A stretch of DNA of 64,000 nucleotides from Eledone cirrhosa (lineage: Eukaryota): positions 22,382,001-22,446,000 of the forward strand of contig OZ024746.1 in NCBI GenBank assembly GCA_964016885.1, in the 5' to 3' direction. The notes under the pieces were generated by a model that was not told the DNA's origin, made no database searches, and saw only the letters and a list, made by a program, of their open reading frames with translations. Positions 1 through 13,714 of the stretch are shown in pieces (the stretch's first letter is position 1; each line of letters begins with the position of its first letter). Both the position numbers and the translations under genes were made by a program.

Positions 1-1030
1 ATGGTAGTTTCAGGGCATCCTTTTTTCCAAAGTGGATTAATTCAAACTTATCCTCATTCAACAGCATATTATTCTTTTCTGCCCATTGGATAACAGCCAG
101 TAGGTCTGACTGAAGGCAAGTCCGGTCACCCACCTCATTGATGACCCTTTAGTGCTTGGAATCATCTGCGAAGATTCTTATGTTGCTGTGCTTATGTTGC
201 TGTGCTTGATGATTTTACTCCTTTGACTACAACATGTTGGGTTCTGTCTGTCAGGAAACATTTGATCCACTGTAGTAACCTTCCAGAGACACCAATATTG
301 GATAGTTTTTTCAATAGAATCTTATGATCAACCCTGTCGAAGGCCTTGCTGAAATCAAGGTAGATGAGATCAGTGTTGGAGTCCTCTCCCAAGGCTCTCA
401 AAACATCGTCAAAGTGATGCAGGAGCTGCGTTAGGCAGTCCCTTCCATTACAGAACCCATGTTGGTTGGAGTTCAGCAGGCCGTTGCTTTCAAGAAAGTG
501 GGTTATTCGTGATCTCATCACCCTCTCAAATACCTTGATAATATGAGAGGTGAGTGAGATCGGATGGTAGTTCACTGCAAGGGACTTATTTCCCTTTTTG
601 AAGACTGGGACAATGGACTGGGACAGAAAGTTTTCAGGAATATACCCAATATCCAGTGAGTTACTCCACAGATTAGCAAGAGGAGATGCAAGTTGGTGTC
701 GACACACCTTCAGAACACAAGCAGGGAACCTGTCGGGGCCTACTGCTGAATTGTGTTTAATTTCATTTATTGCCGCTAAGACATCAGGGCGCCAAACATT
801 ATGTCCGATATAGTGTGTTGGGGATTAACATCACTGATACAGCCTAGATCGGCCATATCAGGATTGCCGAAAACAGAGCAGTATTGTCTCTGCAGTATCT
901 CGCCCATGGTTTTGGCATTATCTTGGAGTGTGCCAGTTTCATCAACTAGGGGGCCAACATTGGAGACGGTGACCATGTGTTTTTTTAGCAAATGAAAAGA
1001 ACACTTTGGGTTTGAGTTTGATTTTCTCAA
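1..1030 (-). pseudogene. LINE reverse transcriptase domain, fragmented, with internal deletion of the GVPQG region
   Basis: RT motifs in ORFs 776-1030 and 192-707, FADD motif at about 163-174; the GVPQGSVLGP motif expected between them is absent. Confidence 0.88.
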
Positions 1031-1363
1031 TAGCCCACCTCTCTACAGCTATTCTCTGGTTATTGATGATGGTTTTCATGCATTGTTGGAGGTTATATTT
1101 TTTTTTATTCAAGCAGGGCGATAGCCGTCGAATGTGTGTGTTGCTGTTGGCAGTATTTTAGTGTGTTAACTTTTTTGTTTGTTCTTTTTATTTTACTGAT
1201 AATTGTTTTTTCTGTTTTGGAGGATACTGCACTTAGTTTTGTTCACAGGTTTTGGTGGGGTGTGTTTTGTACATATATTTGTGACAGTGTCTACAAAGAT
1301 CTGCCAAGATGTTTTGATGTTGGTGGAAATGTGTGTGTGACCAGTCAACATGTGATAGTTCGT

Positions 1364-2476
1364 TCATAATTGCATCCCAGTTGGCATTATAGAGATCCAT
1401 GTTATCAAATGGGTGGGCTGGAAAAGGCTCCTAGGATTAGCTTTCAGCTGGTGGAATCTCAGGTTACAAAGAACCATGTCATGGTCTGAGAGAAGGGTTT
1501 TTTTCACTGTAATATTACGTATAGTGTTAGTGTGGTTACTAAACACTAGATCCAGAATGTTCTTCTGATGCCTTGTTGGTGCAAGGACAAGTTGGGACAA
1601 GAAAAACACAGATATGAAGTCAAGAAGTGACTCAGCTGCTTCTTTGTCAATGGTTGGGGTTGGAGTTTCTGGTTTTAAACTGCTTGTAAACCAATCGACA
1701 CAGGGTAGATTAAAGTCTCCCATCAAAAGTATGTTGCTAGAATGACACTGTTTAATAAAGCATTTAATACTGTTGAGGCATTCTTTGAAGCAGATTATGG
1801 GTGTTTGTGGTGGCCTATAAAGCACATCTAGTATCAGGTCATTGGCTTTATTGTGCTCAGTGACTGATTCACAGTAGCCATTAGAGAATGTTGTGTTACC
1901 ATCTGCTGTAAAGGAATCATGCAGGAAAATGGCAGTTCCACCCTTCCTTCTGCCAACACGATCCGCATGGATGGTTGTAAAATTCCTCACTCTTACTTCG
2001 GCCTCCAAGTGGGAGTTGTCAAGGTGGGTCTCAGTAAGAATGAAGAAGGGGATGTGAAATGGATGGTTACCAACCCAATCCTCAAGGAATTGGATCTTCC
2101 ATTTCTGTGCATTGATGGATGGGCTGATACCTTGTGTATTGAGTAAAAATGTGGAGGCTAGTGTGGTGGCTGGTTTTGACTGTTGCAGGGGGCTTGTTTT
2201 GAGATTGTGTGTTAGTGACAGCAAGGATGGTGCTGGGTGATGGCTAAAATGTTTTTCTGTATCTCTTTTACCAGGTTCATGGCTAAAAAAATAAATGTTC
2301 TTGTTCGGGGAGCAGTTTTTGATTGGATTTGTGCTTACACCATTGGATAGGGTTGCAGTTCCCTCTTTTGTTGTTGTTGTTGTATTTGTTGTAATTGTGT
2401 CTTTGTGAAAAGACTGGAGCAGCATTACTTTTGTTGTTATTGTAATCGTGTCTTTGTGAGAAGACTGGAGCAGCAT
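1364..2476 (-). pseudogene. LINE apurinic-like (APE) endonuclease domain, disrupted ORF2 N-terminus
   Basis: LTETHLD, GDFNLP and SDHD catalytic motifs in the translated ORF. Confidence 0.9.
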
Positions 2477-2814
2477 TACTGCAGCAGGGGGTGGCTTTAT
2501 TGTGGTTTGTGTGTTGGCATGGAACTCCTTTTCTGTTCGTGCATTCTGTCCCAGGAAGAGAGTGAAAGGACAGTCAGTAAGCAGACATAGTTGGGAATGT
2601 GGGCAGATTTTGGGAATCCGACTTATGCGTGTGGGCAGCGTGCTTTGGTATTGGCTGGCAGTGTTAGCACGTCTAGTATCAGGTTAATACAGTCGCTACG
2701 TGTGCATAGCTTCTGACGTCATGAGTAGCGGCATATTTTGGGGTTTCTAGTTTGTGTACTGGGAGGTGCATACAGCTCCATAGATTTTTTTAAAAAGTTT
2801 TTAAAAGCTTTTTA

Positions 2815-2815
2815 A

Positions 2816-2883
<68 letters not shown>

Positions 2884-2932
2884 ATACATATATATATACA
2901 TATATATATATATATGTATACATATATATGTG

Positions 2933-2977
<45 letters not shown>

Positions 2978-3046
2978 ATATGTATATATATATGTAAGTA
3001 TGTATGTATACGTACATACATATATGTATACAGACGTACAGTAGCA

Positions 3047-3093
<47 letters not shown>

Positions 3094-3270
3094 GCATACA
3101 GGTACACATGTACCTGTATGCATATGTGTATATATATATATATATATGCATGCTACTGTACGTCTGTATACATATATGTATGTACGTATACATACATACT
3201 TACATTTAAGTAAGTGCCATACTAAGAGTGAGAAATGAAATTTCGTTTTCATTTTTTTTCAACTTATATA

Positions 3271-3304
<34 letters not shown>

Positions 3305-3354
3305 TATATATATATATGTATATATATATGTATATATATATGTATATATATATG

Positions 3355-3389
<35 letters not shown>

Positions 3390-3636
3390 GTATATATATA
3401 TGTATATATATGTGTATATATATGTGTATATATATATGTGTATATATATATATATATATATGTGTGTATATATATATATATATAGAGAGAGAGAGATAAA
3501 AGATACATAACATACTTATGTGTCTGTGTGAATGTTTGAAAGCCTTTCACTAAGATACAACTGCATGTAATGGGTGGTAGTTGTGGTGCTACTATTTAAA
3601 ATATTTGGCCTACTATGAAGGTCACTCTAACATATA

Positions 3637-3734
<98 letters not shown>

Positions 3735-3821
3735 ATATATATATATACCCCCACTCTCAAGAGCATGAAACTAATAAACCTTTGTTCGTACTGCCTCTCT
3801 GTTTTGTTCCCGTTCCATTTT

Positions 3822-3900
<79 letters not shown>

Positions 3901-3949
3901 ATATATATATATGTATATATATATATACATATATATGTGTAGGTGTATG

Positions 3950-4027
<78 letters not shown>

Positions 4028-4041
4028 TATATGTGTAGGTG

Positions 4042-4096
<55 letters not shown>

Positions 4097-4133
4097 GTAT
4101 ATATATATATACATATATATGTGTAGGTGTATG

Positions 4134-4186
<53 letters not shown>

Positions 4187-4230
4187 GTATATATATATAT
4201 ACATATATATACGTGTGTAGGTGTATATAA

Positions 4231-4283
<53 letters not shown>

Positions 4284-4422
4284 GAGTTGACCGACCCACC
4301 ATATTTATCAATGCCAGGACCGGTTGTATCTCAGCGTACTCAATAGGTAATGTAGGATACATTCCCAGAGTATACACATAGTTATTCACTTCAATACAAC
4401 ACATGTAAAATGGGTGCCTATA

Positions 4423-4485
<63 letters not shown>

Positions 4486-4490
4486 CACAC
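2815..4490. repeat. (TA)n / (TATG)n compound microsatellite field
   Basis: Long TA dinucleotide runs with short unique inserts. Confidence 0.95.
2992..3205. repeat. About 213-bp near-perfect palindrome (fold-back)
   Basis: Left arm atgtaagtatgtatgtatacgtac...cagacgtacagtagcatgca is the reverse complement of the right arm; centre caggtaca-ca-tgtacctg. Confidence 0.9.
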
Positions 4491-4498
4491 ACATACTG

Positions 4499-4705
4499 AA
4501 GGCGTGTGGCTGAGTGGTAAGAGAATTGGATTCAATATTTTGAGGTTGTAAGTTTGATTCCTGGACTGGGCGATCCGTTATGTCCTTGAGCAAGACACTT
4601 TATTTCACGTTGCTCCTTCTACCTGCAGTTGCAACCGATAGAGTATTAGCAATTGGAAAGACCAACAGAATTTCCTCGGTCTGATTTGACAAACGTCGAT
4701 CGACT
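4499..4705 (+). mobile_element. tRNA-headed CORE-like SINE, tail variant B (related copies about 38935-39110 and 58048-58233; fragment about 6700-6765)
   Basis: A-box-like tggctgagtgg, B-box-like gtttgattcc, gtccttgagcaagacactttatttcac core, shared tail tattagcaattggaaagaccaac...gtcgatcgac. Confidence 0.8.
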
Positions 4706-4744
4706 GTTGATATAAATATAAACCTACACATATATGTATAGGTG

Positions 4745-4782
<38 letters not shown>

Positions 4783-4785
<3 letters not shown>

Positions 4786-5120
4786 TCATCATCATCATTT
4801 TACGTCCGCTTTTCCCGACTTGCAAGGGTGGGACGGGAACTGATTCTGGCTTGATTTCTACAGCTGCATGCCCTTCCTAACACCAACCTCATTTACAGTG
4901 AGTGCTGGGTGCTTTTTTGCCATGACACCTCCATGACAACTTTGCAGTGGAATGATAGGGACCCCCAGTCCCTATCATCTCATTTCTACAGCTGAGTAAA
5001 CTGGAGCAATGTGAAATAAAGTGTCTTGCTCAAGGAAACAACACATTACCCGGTCTGAGAATTGAACTCCCAACCTTTCGATTGCAAGTCAATGCTCTAA
5101 CCACTAAGCCATGTGCCTCC
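4783..5120 (-). mobile_element. tRNA-headed CORE-like SINE with RTE-derived 3' tail (family A)
   Basis: Reverse complement of the copies at 39137 and 44637; ends in a (GAT)n tail. Confidence 0.88.
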
Positions 5121-6109
5121 GTTATATATATATGTACCTATACATATATATATATGTATAGAAAAAGCGGACATAAAATGATGATGATGGTGATATATAT
5201 TTTATATATATACCTTTACATAGTTGACTGGGTGCATTTTACATATAACACCAACACTACCTGTCAACAGTGTGTGTTGAATACATCAGGAAACAAGTAC
5301 CACCACTCTACAGTGAGGTCTGTGAGCATTTTATTCTGAGACAAGCACTACCACATTTTATCATACACATAACCACTACCACTTTACATAATTGACTGCT
5401 GGGTGCAGTCATGACACCTGCACTAACTTTTAACAGTGTCTGTTGAATGCATCTGATCATTAGGAAACTGGTACTATCACTTTACAGTGAGGGCTGTGAG
5501 CATTATATTTTGGTACTAGCTAGAACTACATTTCAACAATAGGGTGCTTTTGTCCTCGACAAGGCTGAGAGGGCAGTGATAGGGAGTGGGGTGCAGCACG
5601 AGAGCATGATGTAGACTACATGTTGCTGCCTGAGGAAGAGATGGGTGACCTTAAGGAGAGTGAGTGATGTCTGGCAGTATTGTGAGTTTTGCCAGGTACA
5701 CCATGCTTTCCATACTTGCATGGTTGGATGACAGGGTGGGAATTTAGGGATAAGTTCATAGGTGTGTAGGGGAGGGTAAATGTTGGGTCATCGGTGAAGT
5801 CTTGGAGAAAGAGAAAAAGAGAGAGAGGGGGAGAGTAAACTGTGTTTGGCAGGAGAAATCAAGAGAAATAGATATAAATGAACAAAGACTTGGCAAGAGT
5901 ACACACACACATATATACACACACACACACACACGTGTGTGCGTGTACCACCAAAATGGCTAACTAAACACACAGTGGGGAAGTTGATTAAATAAATCCC
6001 AATGCATTACTGGTACTTCATCTTATCAACTCCATAAGGATGAACAGTAAAGCTAACCTCAGGGATTTGAACTCAAAACATAAAGGGCTGTGATCATGGG
6101 GGCAAACTC

Positions 6110-6460
6110 CTCAAGCATGCATTCCAATGAATCCTGTCAGAAGCAACCACCATCAATTGACACAGCTAGATTCCCAAGCAAGACTAGCCAAGCTCATGGA
6201 TGTTATCCAACCATCTTACTTAGAGTCTACCCCTGGGTCTCCTGTCAGTTATCAATTGACACAGCTAGATTCCCAAGCAAGACTAGCCAAGCTCATGGAT
6301 GTTATCCAACCATCTTACTTAGAGTCTACCCCTGGGTCTCCTGTCAGTTAGTTTTACACATAAAATCTGTCCAGCATTTCTTTCCTGAGACATTCTAACC
6401 ACATGCCCATTATATTGGAGCTGTGATCTCCAAGCTACACACTCTGGTGAATTGGCAGTA
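6110..6460 (-). mobile_element. RTE-like LINE ORF C-terminal fragment containing a 99-bp tandem duplication (6152-6250 / 6251-6349)
   Basis: Translation QLQYNGHVVRM...RRPRGRL*VRWLDNI; the duplicated block is directly visible. Confidence 0.7.
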
Positions 6461-6764
6461 TTGGTAGAGGGTCGGACGCCATGCTTTGACACATAGTTAC
6501 TCTCTCTCTCAAAGAAGTCCTTTGTGTTCAGATCTGGAAAGGGGTGAGCTCCTACATGTTTAAATACCAAAATTCAACCTGTATATCGTGATGGGGACCC
6601 TACAATTTAATCGAAAGTTCAGGAACTATAATATATAGCAATATAACATATATATCCTGACTTATGACAGGGTTCCATTCCAATCATCTTATATATACAA
6701 CGTTTCTGCCCGAAGTTGAGACTAGCAGATAGTATCAGCAATGGAAAGACTAATGGAAACATTA

Positions 6765-7066
6765 TTTTCCGCCGAGGTTAACTTTGCCTTTCATCCCTAC
6801 GGGGTCGATAAAATAAAGTACCAGTAATACACTGGGATAATTGCTGGCCTTGTGCCAAAAGTAGAAACAATTATTTCATTGGTGGATTGGCAGTATTGGT
6901 AGAGGGTCGGTCGGCATGCTTTGACACATAGTTACGGCCCTTGCCATTCTGAGTTCAAATCCCGCCGAGGTTAACTTTGCCTTTCATCCTTACGGGGGTC
7001 GATAAAATAAAGTACCAGTAATACAGTGGGTAATTGCTGGCCTTGTGCCAAAAGTAGAAACAATTA
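6765..7066 (+). mobile_element. Two tandem copies of SINE family M (Meta-domain-like)
   Basis: gagttcaaatccc B-box; gttaactttgcctttcatccttacggggtcgataaaataaagtaccag central domain; tail ggccttgtgccaaaagtagaaacaattatt. Confidence 0.8.
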
Positions 7067-7859
7067 TTCCAAAGACTCTTTGGTGAAACCCTATTTCGGC
7101 TGCTTATATTCACAATCATATTCTTTCAGCCATTACACAAGATTCCTGACCATAGGTAAGGGTTGGTACAAATACCGAATTGAAGATAGCGAGTTTGGCT
7201 TTTCCACCTACCTCCCTTCTGATTACTGACTGAAGCTGGTGCATTACTGCATCAGTTTCTACAATTCAGTAACTGGCTTTCACCAAAGTTTCTATTTATT
7301 AAATATCACTTACAAAACACTGTTTTTTTTTTTTCTTTGTATTTTTTTTCTAAAAAATAATATATTAAAAGATAGGATGGTCATGGTTGGAATTCTTTTA
7401 AACGCAGGTCTACTGAATCATGACTGACCTGAAGCTAAACAACAACAACAACAACAAAAACAGCAGCAACAATTAAAATATAACAAAATATAAAGTTGAA
7501 TCATATTATGTTAATTATTTCCACAAACTGAACTACCACTGACAACCAATTATATGGGGGGTTTTTTGTTTGTTTTTATTTGTATAGTTATTATTATCTA
7601 AAATACTTTCTCCAACCAACTCTATCCCCCCCCCCTCCCACCTTACCCACCCACCATACCATTGTGTCAGCTCCAACATTGTAAGATAAAAATTAAAAAA
7701 ACAAAAACAATCCCTAGAGGTAATCTTCATTCTCAGTTTTCATCTCTTGAAAATCTGACATCTGTCATCACACTGGATAGAAAGCTCTGGAAGGAACTAA
7801 AAGAGAAGAAAAAAAAAAAAAACAAAGATTAAAAAAAGGGAATGTTACTGAGGGATATA

Positions 7860-8200
7860 ATCATCACCATTATCATGATCATCACCATCATCATCGTCAT
7901 CATCACCATTATCATCATCACCGTCATCCTCATCACCATCATTATCATCATCATCACCATCATCATCGTCATCATCACCATTATCATCATCACCGTCATC
8001 CTCATCACCATCATTATCATCATCATCACCATCATCATCGTCATCATCACCATTATCATCATTCACCGTCATCATCATCACCATCATCTCCATCATCGTC
8101 CTCATCATCATCATCACCATCATCCTCATCATCATCATTATCATCATCATCACTATCATCATCATCATCATCATTACCACCATCATCATCATCATCCCCA
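7860..8200. repeat. (CAT/CAC)n trinucleotide repeat with about 69-bp higher-order duplication
   Basis: atc/cac runs with a recurring caccgtcatcctcatc block. Confidence 0.9.
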
Positions 8201-8207
8201 TGTCATA

Positions 8208-8872
8208 ATAATTGTTTCTACTTTAGGCACAAGGCCAGCAATTACCCAGTGCATTACTGGGACTTTATTTTATCGACCCCGTAAGGATGAAAGGCAAAGT
8301 CAACCTCGGCGGGATTTGAACTCAGATCGTAAAGGGACGTAACTATGCTGGAAAGCATGGCGTCCGACCCTCTACCGATACTGCCAATCCACCGCCCTCT
8401 ACCTCCACCTCTTCCTCTACCTCTACCTCTTCCTCTACCTCATAAGGCACAAGACTAGTAATTTGGGGGGGAGGGGAAAGTCGATTAAATTGACCCAGTG
8501 TATTACTGGTACTTTATCGACTCCATAAGAATGAAAGGCAAAGCTAACCTTGGCGTGATTTAAACTCAGAATGTAAAGGGCTGCAACTCTATGCCGCAAA
8601 GCCTGGTGTTCAACACTCTACTGATATGCCAATCCATTGCTGATAATAATAAAAATGGTTTCTGATTTAGGCAGAAGGCTAACAATTTTGGACGAGGGGA
8701 AAGTTGATTAAATTGACACCAGTGAATGACCGGTACTTTATTTTATCGACCCTGTATGGATGAAAGGCAAAGCTATCCTTGATGGGATTTGATCTCAGAA
8801 CGTAAAGGACTGCAACTCTATGCAGCAAAGCATGGTGTCCAACGCTCTACTGATACTGCCAATCTATTGCCC
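8208..8872 (-). mobile_element. Cluster of three family M SINE copies of differing divergence
   Basis: Repeated tttatcgaccccgtaaggatgaaaggcaaag...gatttgaactcaga...ctgccaatcc at about 8208-8396, 8443-8640 and 8655-8872. Confidence 0.8.
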
Positions 8873-8907
<35 letters not shown>

Positions 8908-9297
8908 TTGTCTGTATTCCATGCTGGCCATAGGATGCACAGGTTATCTCAGCCCAAGAGGAGACTGTGATAGTAGAACCACATCTTGTTCATACATTGT
9001 ATGATTTCTTACGAATGAAACAGTTCTAGTCCTATAGAATTCATTTCTATACATAATAAAGCTACCTATACTTCGCCAACGTATTGAATACTTTTTTTTA
9101 ACTGTGGTTACCCCCCCCCCCCTCCCCGACACCACTGGGGAACCTTCATATTATATACACACACATATATATATCATCATCATCATCGTCACCGTTTTAC
9201 GTCCGTTCTTCCACCCTAGCATGGGTTAGACGGGTTGTCCTGTTATGGGCAGTGTCCGGTCGGCTGACCTTGTTTTGCTCATACGGGAACTGATTCT

Positions 9298-9350
<53 letters not shown>

Positions 9351-9669
9351 TTGCGTGTGAGTGTGTGTCTTTCTAACGTTTGACAAAAGAGAGATTGTTA
9401 AAATAAGTACCAAATGTGAAAAATAGCTGCTATTTGAAATAATTAAAAATATAAAATAAATATTTGAAGTTATTGACAGAAATTTGGTGTGACAAATGAG
9501 TGAGGGTTTTAATTGTTTAACTGAAGTGAAAGTGGAAAGTTTTCAAGAAACATTCCCACGATCATGATATAAAAAAATAAACAAGTATTTTGAGTGAATT
9601 TATGTCTTGTACCACATGAAACCACATTAGCAAGACATTCTTGAAAAATACAAAACAGCACCATGACTG

Positions 9670-9942
9670 AAGTTAAAGTTTGTTCTAAGCTGAAGGCTCA
9701 TTAAGCCAGTGCTTATCCTCAGTTCTTTTGGCATTCAGTGACTGAGAGTACAAGATTTTCCCTGGACACAACGCCAATCTATCACAGGTCTAACTCACCA
9801 GCTACTGCTGATATTTACTCTTAGCTGAGTGTACTGGAGCAACAGGAAATAAAGTGTTTCGCTTAAGAACACAATGCAGCAGCCTGTCCAAGAGTCAAAC
9901 ATCCTACATGAAGCATCCTAACCATTAGGCCATGTGCCTTCA
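9670..9942 (-). mobile_element. CORE-like SINE, tail variant C (related copies 22143-22429 minus, 33146-33440 plus, 61051-61333 plus)
   Basis: Same head and core as family A, with a tail of the type ggataagcaccggcc...gagcc...gactttagactt. Confidence 0.75.
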
Positions 9943-10539
9943 CTATGACTGCATCACATTAAAAATTAATGTTTTTAGCTTACTGCAAGTTTCCACAACA
10001 ATCTGTTCACTAATAAAGATACTATAAACATTTGAATTAAACCCATTTTTAGATATTTTCTGGTAAATCATTATGGGATGATAATTAAATATGTAATGAA
10101 AATGAATGCAGGAAAGCTTTTCAATGAAAAATATTGCTGTAATATTTATGGGATCAATTTTGAAAGGGTTACTATCTTAAAGTGAGAATATGTTGAATTT
10201 GAAGTGATTGCAGAATTGAACAGCTATCTAAGGAAAGGTTTGATGATTTGAATAAGCAATGAATAGAAATGTGTAGCTTGTATAATAGGAATATGAATAT
10301 TTTAGAATAGAATTCAAATGTACATATTGAAATAAATGTTCTAGAAACATCCTGTATGAGATACTGAATAATAAATATTCTTTCTAAAACTGGCACAAGG
10401 CCAGAAATTTAGGGGAAAGGGAGAATCAGTTTTATTTCCTTTTTTTATTTGCCATTTGATATTCACACTACATAAACTAAACACTTAAATATAAATTTGT
10501 GTTTTTTTTATTCTCAGGTCTAACTTGATTACATGTCAC

Positions 10540-10890
10540 ATTGACCCAGTCTAATTTTACTATATCTCACATATACCCAGTCTAACTTTACTATATCTCA
10601 CACTGACCCAGTTTTTTTTACTACAACTCACAAAGACCCAGGTCTAACTTTACTACATCACATAGACCAAGTCTGACTTTGCTACATCTCACATAGACAA
10701 AGTCTAATTTTACTACTTCACATGTAGACCCAGTCTAATTTTACTACATTTCACATAGACCCATCATCATCATCACCGTTTTATGTCCATTTTTCCCCGC
10801 TAGCATGGGTGTCTAATTATATTATATCACATAGACCAAATCTAAACTTACTACATCACATAGACTCAGTCTAATTTTATTACACACTAG
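10540..10890. repeat. Degenerate minisatellite of about 30 bp (cacatagacccagtctaattttactacat)
   Basis: About 9 imperfect tandem units, interrupted by a short RTE-tail fragment near 10762-10810. Confidence 0.8.
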
Positions 10891-11115
10891 CTCATGTAAT
10901 CACAGCCTACCTTTACCTCACACCTACTAAGCAGATCCAGCCAATCTTTACTACACACCATATCATATTTTAAGTTCAAATCTATCAAGTGATTTTTCTA
11001 GGTCAACAGTGTGAGAATATCTTACAACAACCCCAACTTTACTAGTAATGTTATGTAGTATAACACACATACACATAATTATTTTTTTTATTTATATATG
11101 CACAACTCTTTCTTA

Positions 11116-11153
<38 letters not shown>

Positions 11154-11158
<5 letters not shown>

Positions 11159-11903
11159 TTGCTTTTATCCTTCTATGTTGTTTACTTGTCCCCCTCGCCT
11201 TACGCGAATTCTGGTCCCAATAACTTTTTTTAGTTATTGCTCGCACCAACCTGAGGTATCTGATTTTTAATGCGATGAAATACCAATGATGGTTGGAAAA
11301 TCACCGACGAAGGACTATTTTTATCATATGTAACCCATGTGCAAACCACGCAGTATTCTTCTTTCTTCTCATGTTTTTTATATATATTTACCTCGGCTGC
11401 ATTTGTCTGTTTCTCTCTTACTGCTTCCCCGCTCTCTCTGTTTCTCTCACCTTCTTTTTCCCCCTCTGTCAGTTACACTTTCTCTCGACTGACCTCTTCC
11501 TCACACTTCCACTCACTCACTCTCTGTTTCTCCCCTTCTCACTTCCTCCCGTTTGGCTTGTGTGGGTCTCTTCTTGCTCATATCTCACACACATCAATAC
11601 GGTCTGTACCTCTCTCGCTCATGAAATCCACCCAGCTTATGCTGACCGGACAACCATGTTGCTTGTTTATTTTCCTATCTTCGGTTTGCTTTTACCCTTC
11701 TATGTTGTTTACTTGTCCCCCTCGCTTTACGCGAATTCTGGTCCCAATAACTTTTTTTAGTTATTGCTCGCACCAACCTGAGGTATCTGATTTTTAATGC
11801 GATGAAATACCAATGATGGTTGGAAAATCACTGACGAAGGACTATTTTTATCATATGTAACCCATGTGCAAACCACGCAGTATTCTTCTTTCTTCTCATG
11901 TTT
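11154..11903. repeat. Partial tandem repeat: about 220-bp direct repeats (11154-11375 and 11681-11903) around a pyrimidine-rich interior, flanked by (TA)n
   Basis: tcggtttgctttta...ttctcatgttt occurs twice almost identically; a diverged inverted relative lies at about 11940-12340. Confidence 0.85.
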
Positions 11904-12554
11904 ATATATATATATATATATATAATATATATATGAATTAAAAAATAGACCAAGAAACCAGGACTATCCATCATCAGTGATCTTCTGGCCATCATCTGTA
12001 TTTCTTCGCATTAAAGACCAGATACCTCAAGCCAGCGCGAACAATACCTAAAATAAGTTATTGGGATAAAAAGAATTGGGTGGAGAAAGAGAGACATGTA
12101 AACAAACAAAAATGGTATGGCAACGTAAAGAGAGGAAAATGAGAAAACAAGTCAGTGATACATGTGAACTTAAGTTCTAGCAAATCATTGACGAGAAGAC
12201 GAAGGACACGTCCGAACCCTGCGAAATGTAAGCGAGAAAAGGATTTCATACAGGTCAGATGGGAGGAAGTGAGAGAGGGGGAGTAGCAGAAAGTGAGTGA
12301 AAGTGTGAGGAAAAGGCCAGCTGAGAGAGGGTGACCAGTAAAAGTTGACGTGTAGGTACCATGGAAAAAAAAGTAGCCAGCACTCACTGTAAATGAGGTT
12401 GGTGTTAGGAAGGGCATCCAGCTGTAGAAATCAAGCCAGAATCAGTTCCCGTATGAGCAAGACAAGACAAGGTCAGTCGACCAGACACTGCTCGTCCCAC
12501 CCTTGCAAGCAGGGAAAAGCGGACATAAAATGATGATGATGATAAAAGTCGATC

Positions 12555-13055
12555 TTGCATAATTGCACCTCTCAAAGACAATGGCACAGGATCGAGATCT
12601 TTGGCATTATGCAGTAATACAGAAGACGCGCCTTCCCAAGCACAAGGACACAAACATACATCTAATAGGCACCTCTTAACCACTATACTCCCTTCCATAC
12701 AGCCCCATGCCCCTACACCCACCCTCCCACTTCTGTCCACCTCCACCCCCTTACACTGTAAAGTTATGCTGGTTTCACAAAAAAGCATCCAGCCCACATT
12801 GTAAAGTAACCGTGTGGGTGTCACAACAAAAAGCAGCCAGCCCACACTTGTAAGGTTGTCGTGCAGGTGTCACGCCAAAAAACACCCAGCACACACTCTA
12901 AATGTGGTTGGCGTTAGGAAGGGCATCCAGCCATTGAAACCTAACCAGAAACAGTACTATATGAGCAAGAGAGGGTCACCTGACCCAACTTGCCTCTAAT
13001 GGGACAACCCCTCTAACCCATGTTAGTGTGGAAAATGGACATTAAATGGTGATGA
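12555..13055 (+). mobile_element. RTE LINE 3' end (ORF C-terminus, 3' UTR and tail)
   Basis: Reads AQDRDLWHYAVIQKTRLP, similar to the C-terminus of ORF 56848-57700; contains gttggcgttaggaagggcatccagcc and ends ggacattaaatggtgatgat. Confidence 0.8.
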
Positions 13056-13077
13056 TATATATATATATGTGTATATA

Positions 13078-13445
13078 TCATCATCATCATCATCATCATC
13101 ATTTCATTTTACATCCACTTTTCCCTGCTTGCAAGGGTGGGACGGGAACTCATTCTGGCTTGATTTCTACAGCTGGATGCCCTTCCTAACACCAACCTCA
13201 TTTACAGTGAGTGCTAGGTGCTTTTCTTGCCATGGCACCTCCACGTCCACTTTGCAGTGGAATGATAGGAAATGAGATGATAGGGACCCCAGTCCCTATC
13301 ATCTCATTTCTACAGCTGAGTAAACTGGAGCAATGTGAAATAAAGTGTCTTGTTCAAGGAAACAATACATCACCCGGTCTGAGAATTGAACTCACAACCT
13401 TTCGATTGCAAGCCCAATGCTCTAACCACTAAGCCATGTGCCTCC
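13078..13445 (-). mobile_element. Family A SINE (full length), next to a family M SINE at 13455-13640
   Basis: Near-identical to 4783-5120. Confidence 0.88.
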
Positions 13446-13714
13446 TTATATATATAATTGTTTCTACTTTTGGCACAAGGCCAGCAATTACCCCAGTGTA
13501 TTACTGGTACTTTATTTTATCGACCTCGTAAAGATGAAAGGCAAAGTTAACCTCGGCAGGATTTGAACTCAGAATGGCAAGGGCCGTAACTCTATGCATC
13601 AAAGCATGGTGTCCGACCCTCTACCAATACTGCCAATCCAAATATATACATACCTTATATATATATACCTTATATATATATATATACCTTATATATATAT
13701 GTATGTATATATAA

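Larger units (their letters stand above)
1..2790 (-). mobile_element. Decayed CR1/L2 (Jockey-group) non-LTR retrotransposon: Cys-rich ORF1 remnant, APE endonuclease and reverse transcriptase; runs off the window start
   Basis: ORF 1364-2476 has APE motifs (LTETHL, GGTAIF, LYRPP, LLMGDFNLP, ILDLVF, SDHD). ORF 192-707 has RT motifs (PVFKKG, YHPISLTS, NQHGF, DFSKAFDRVDH). Below 190 the minus strand reads HSNIRIFADDSK...LQSDLLAVIQWAEKNNMLLNEDKFELIHFG. Stops and frameshifts are present. Confidence 0.92.

Noticed and set aside
2801-4593. Many YI/IY-rich ORFs (also at 19.5-21.8, 30.5-31.3 and 44.2-44.7 kb)
   Set aside because: Translations of (TA)n microsatellites, which lack stop codons
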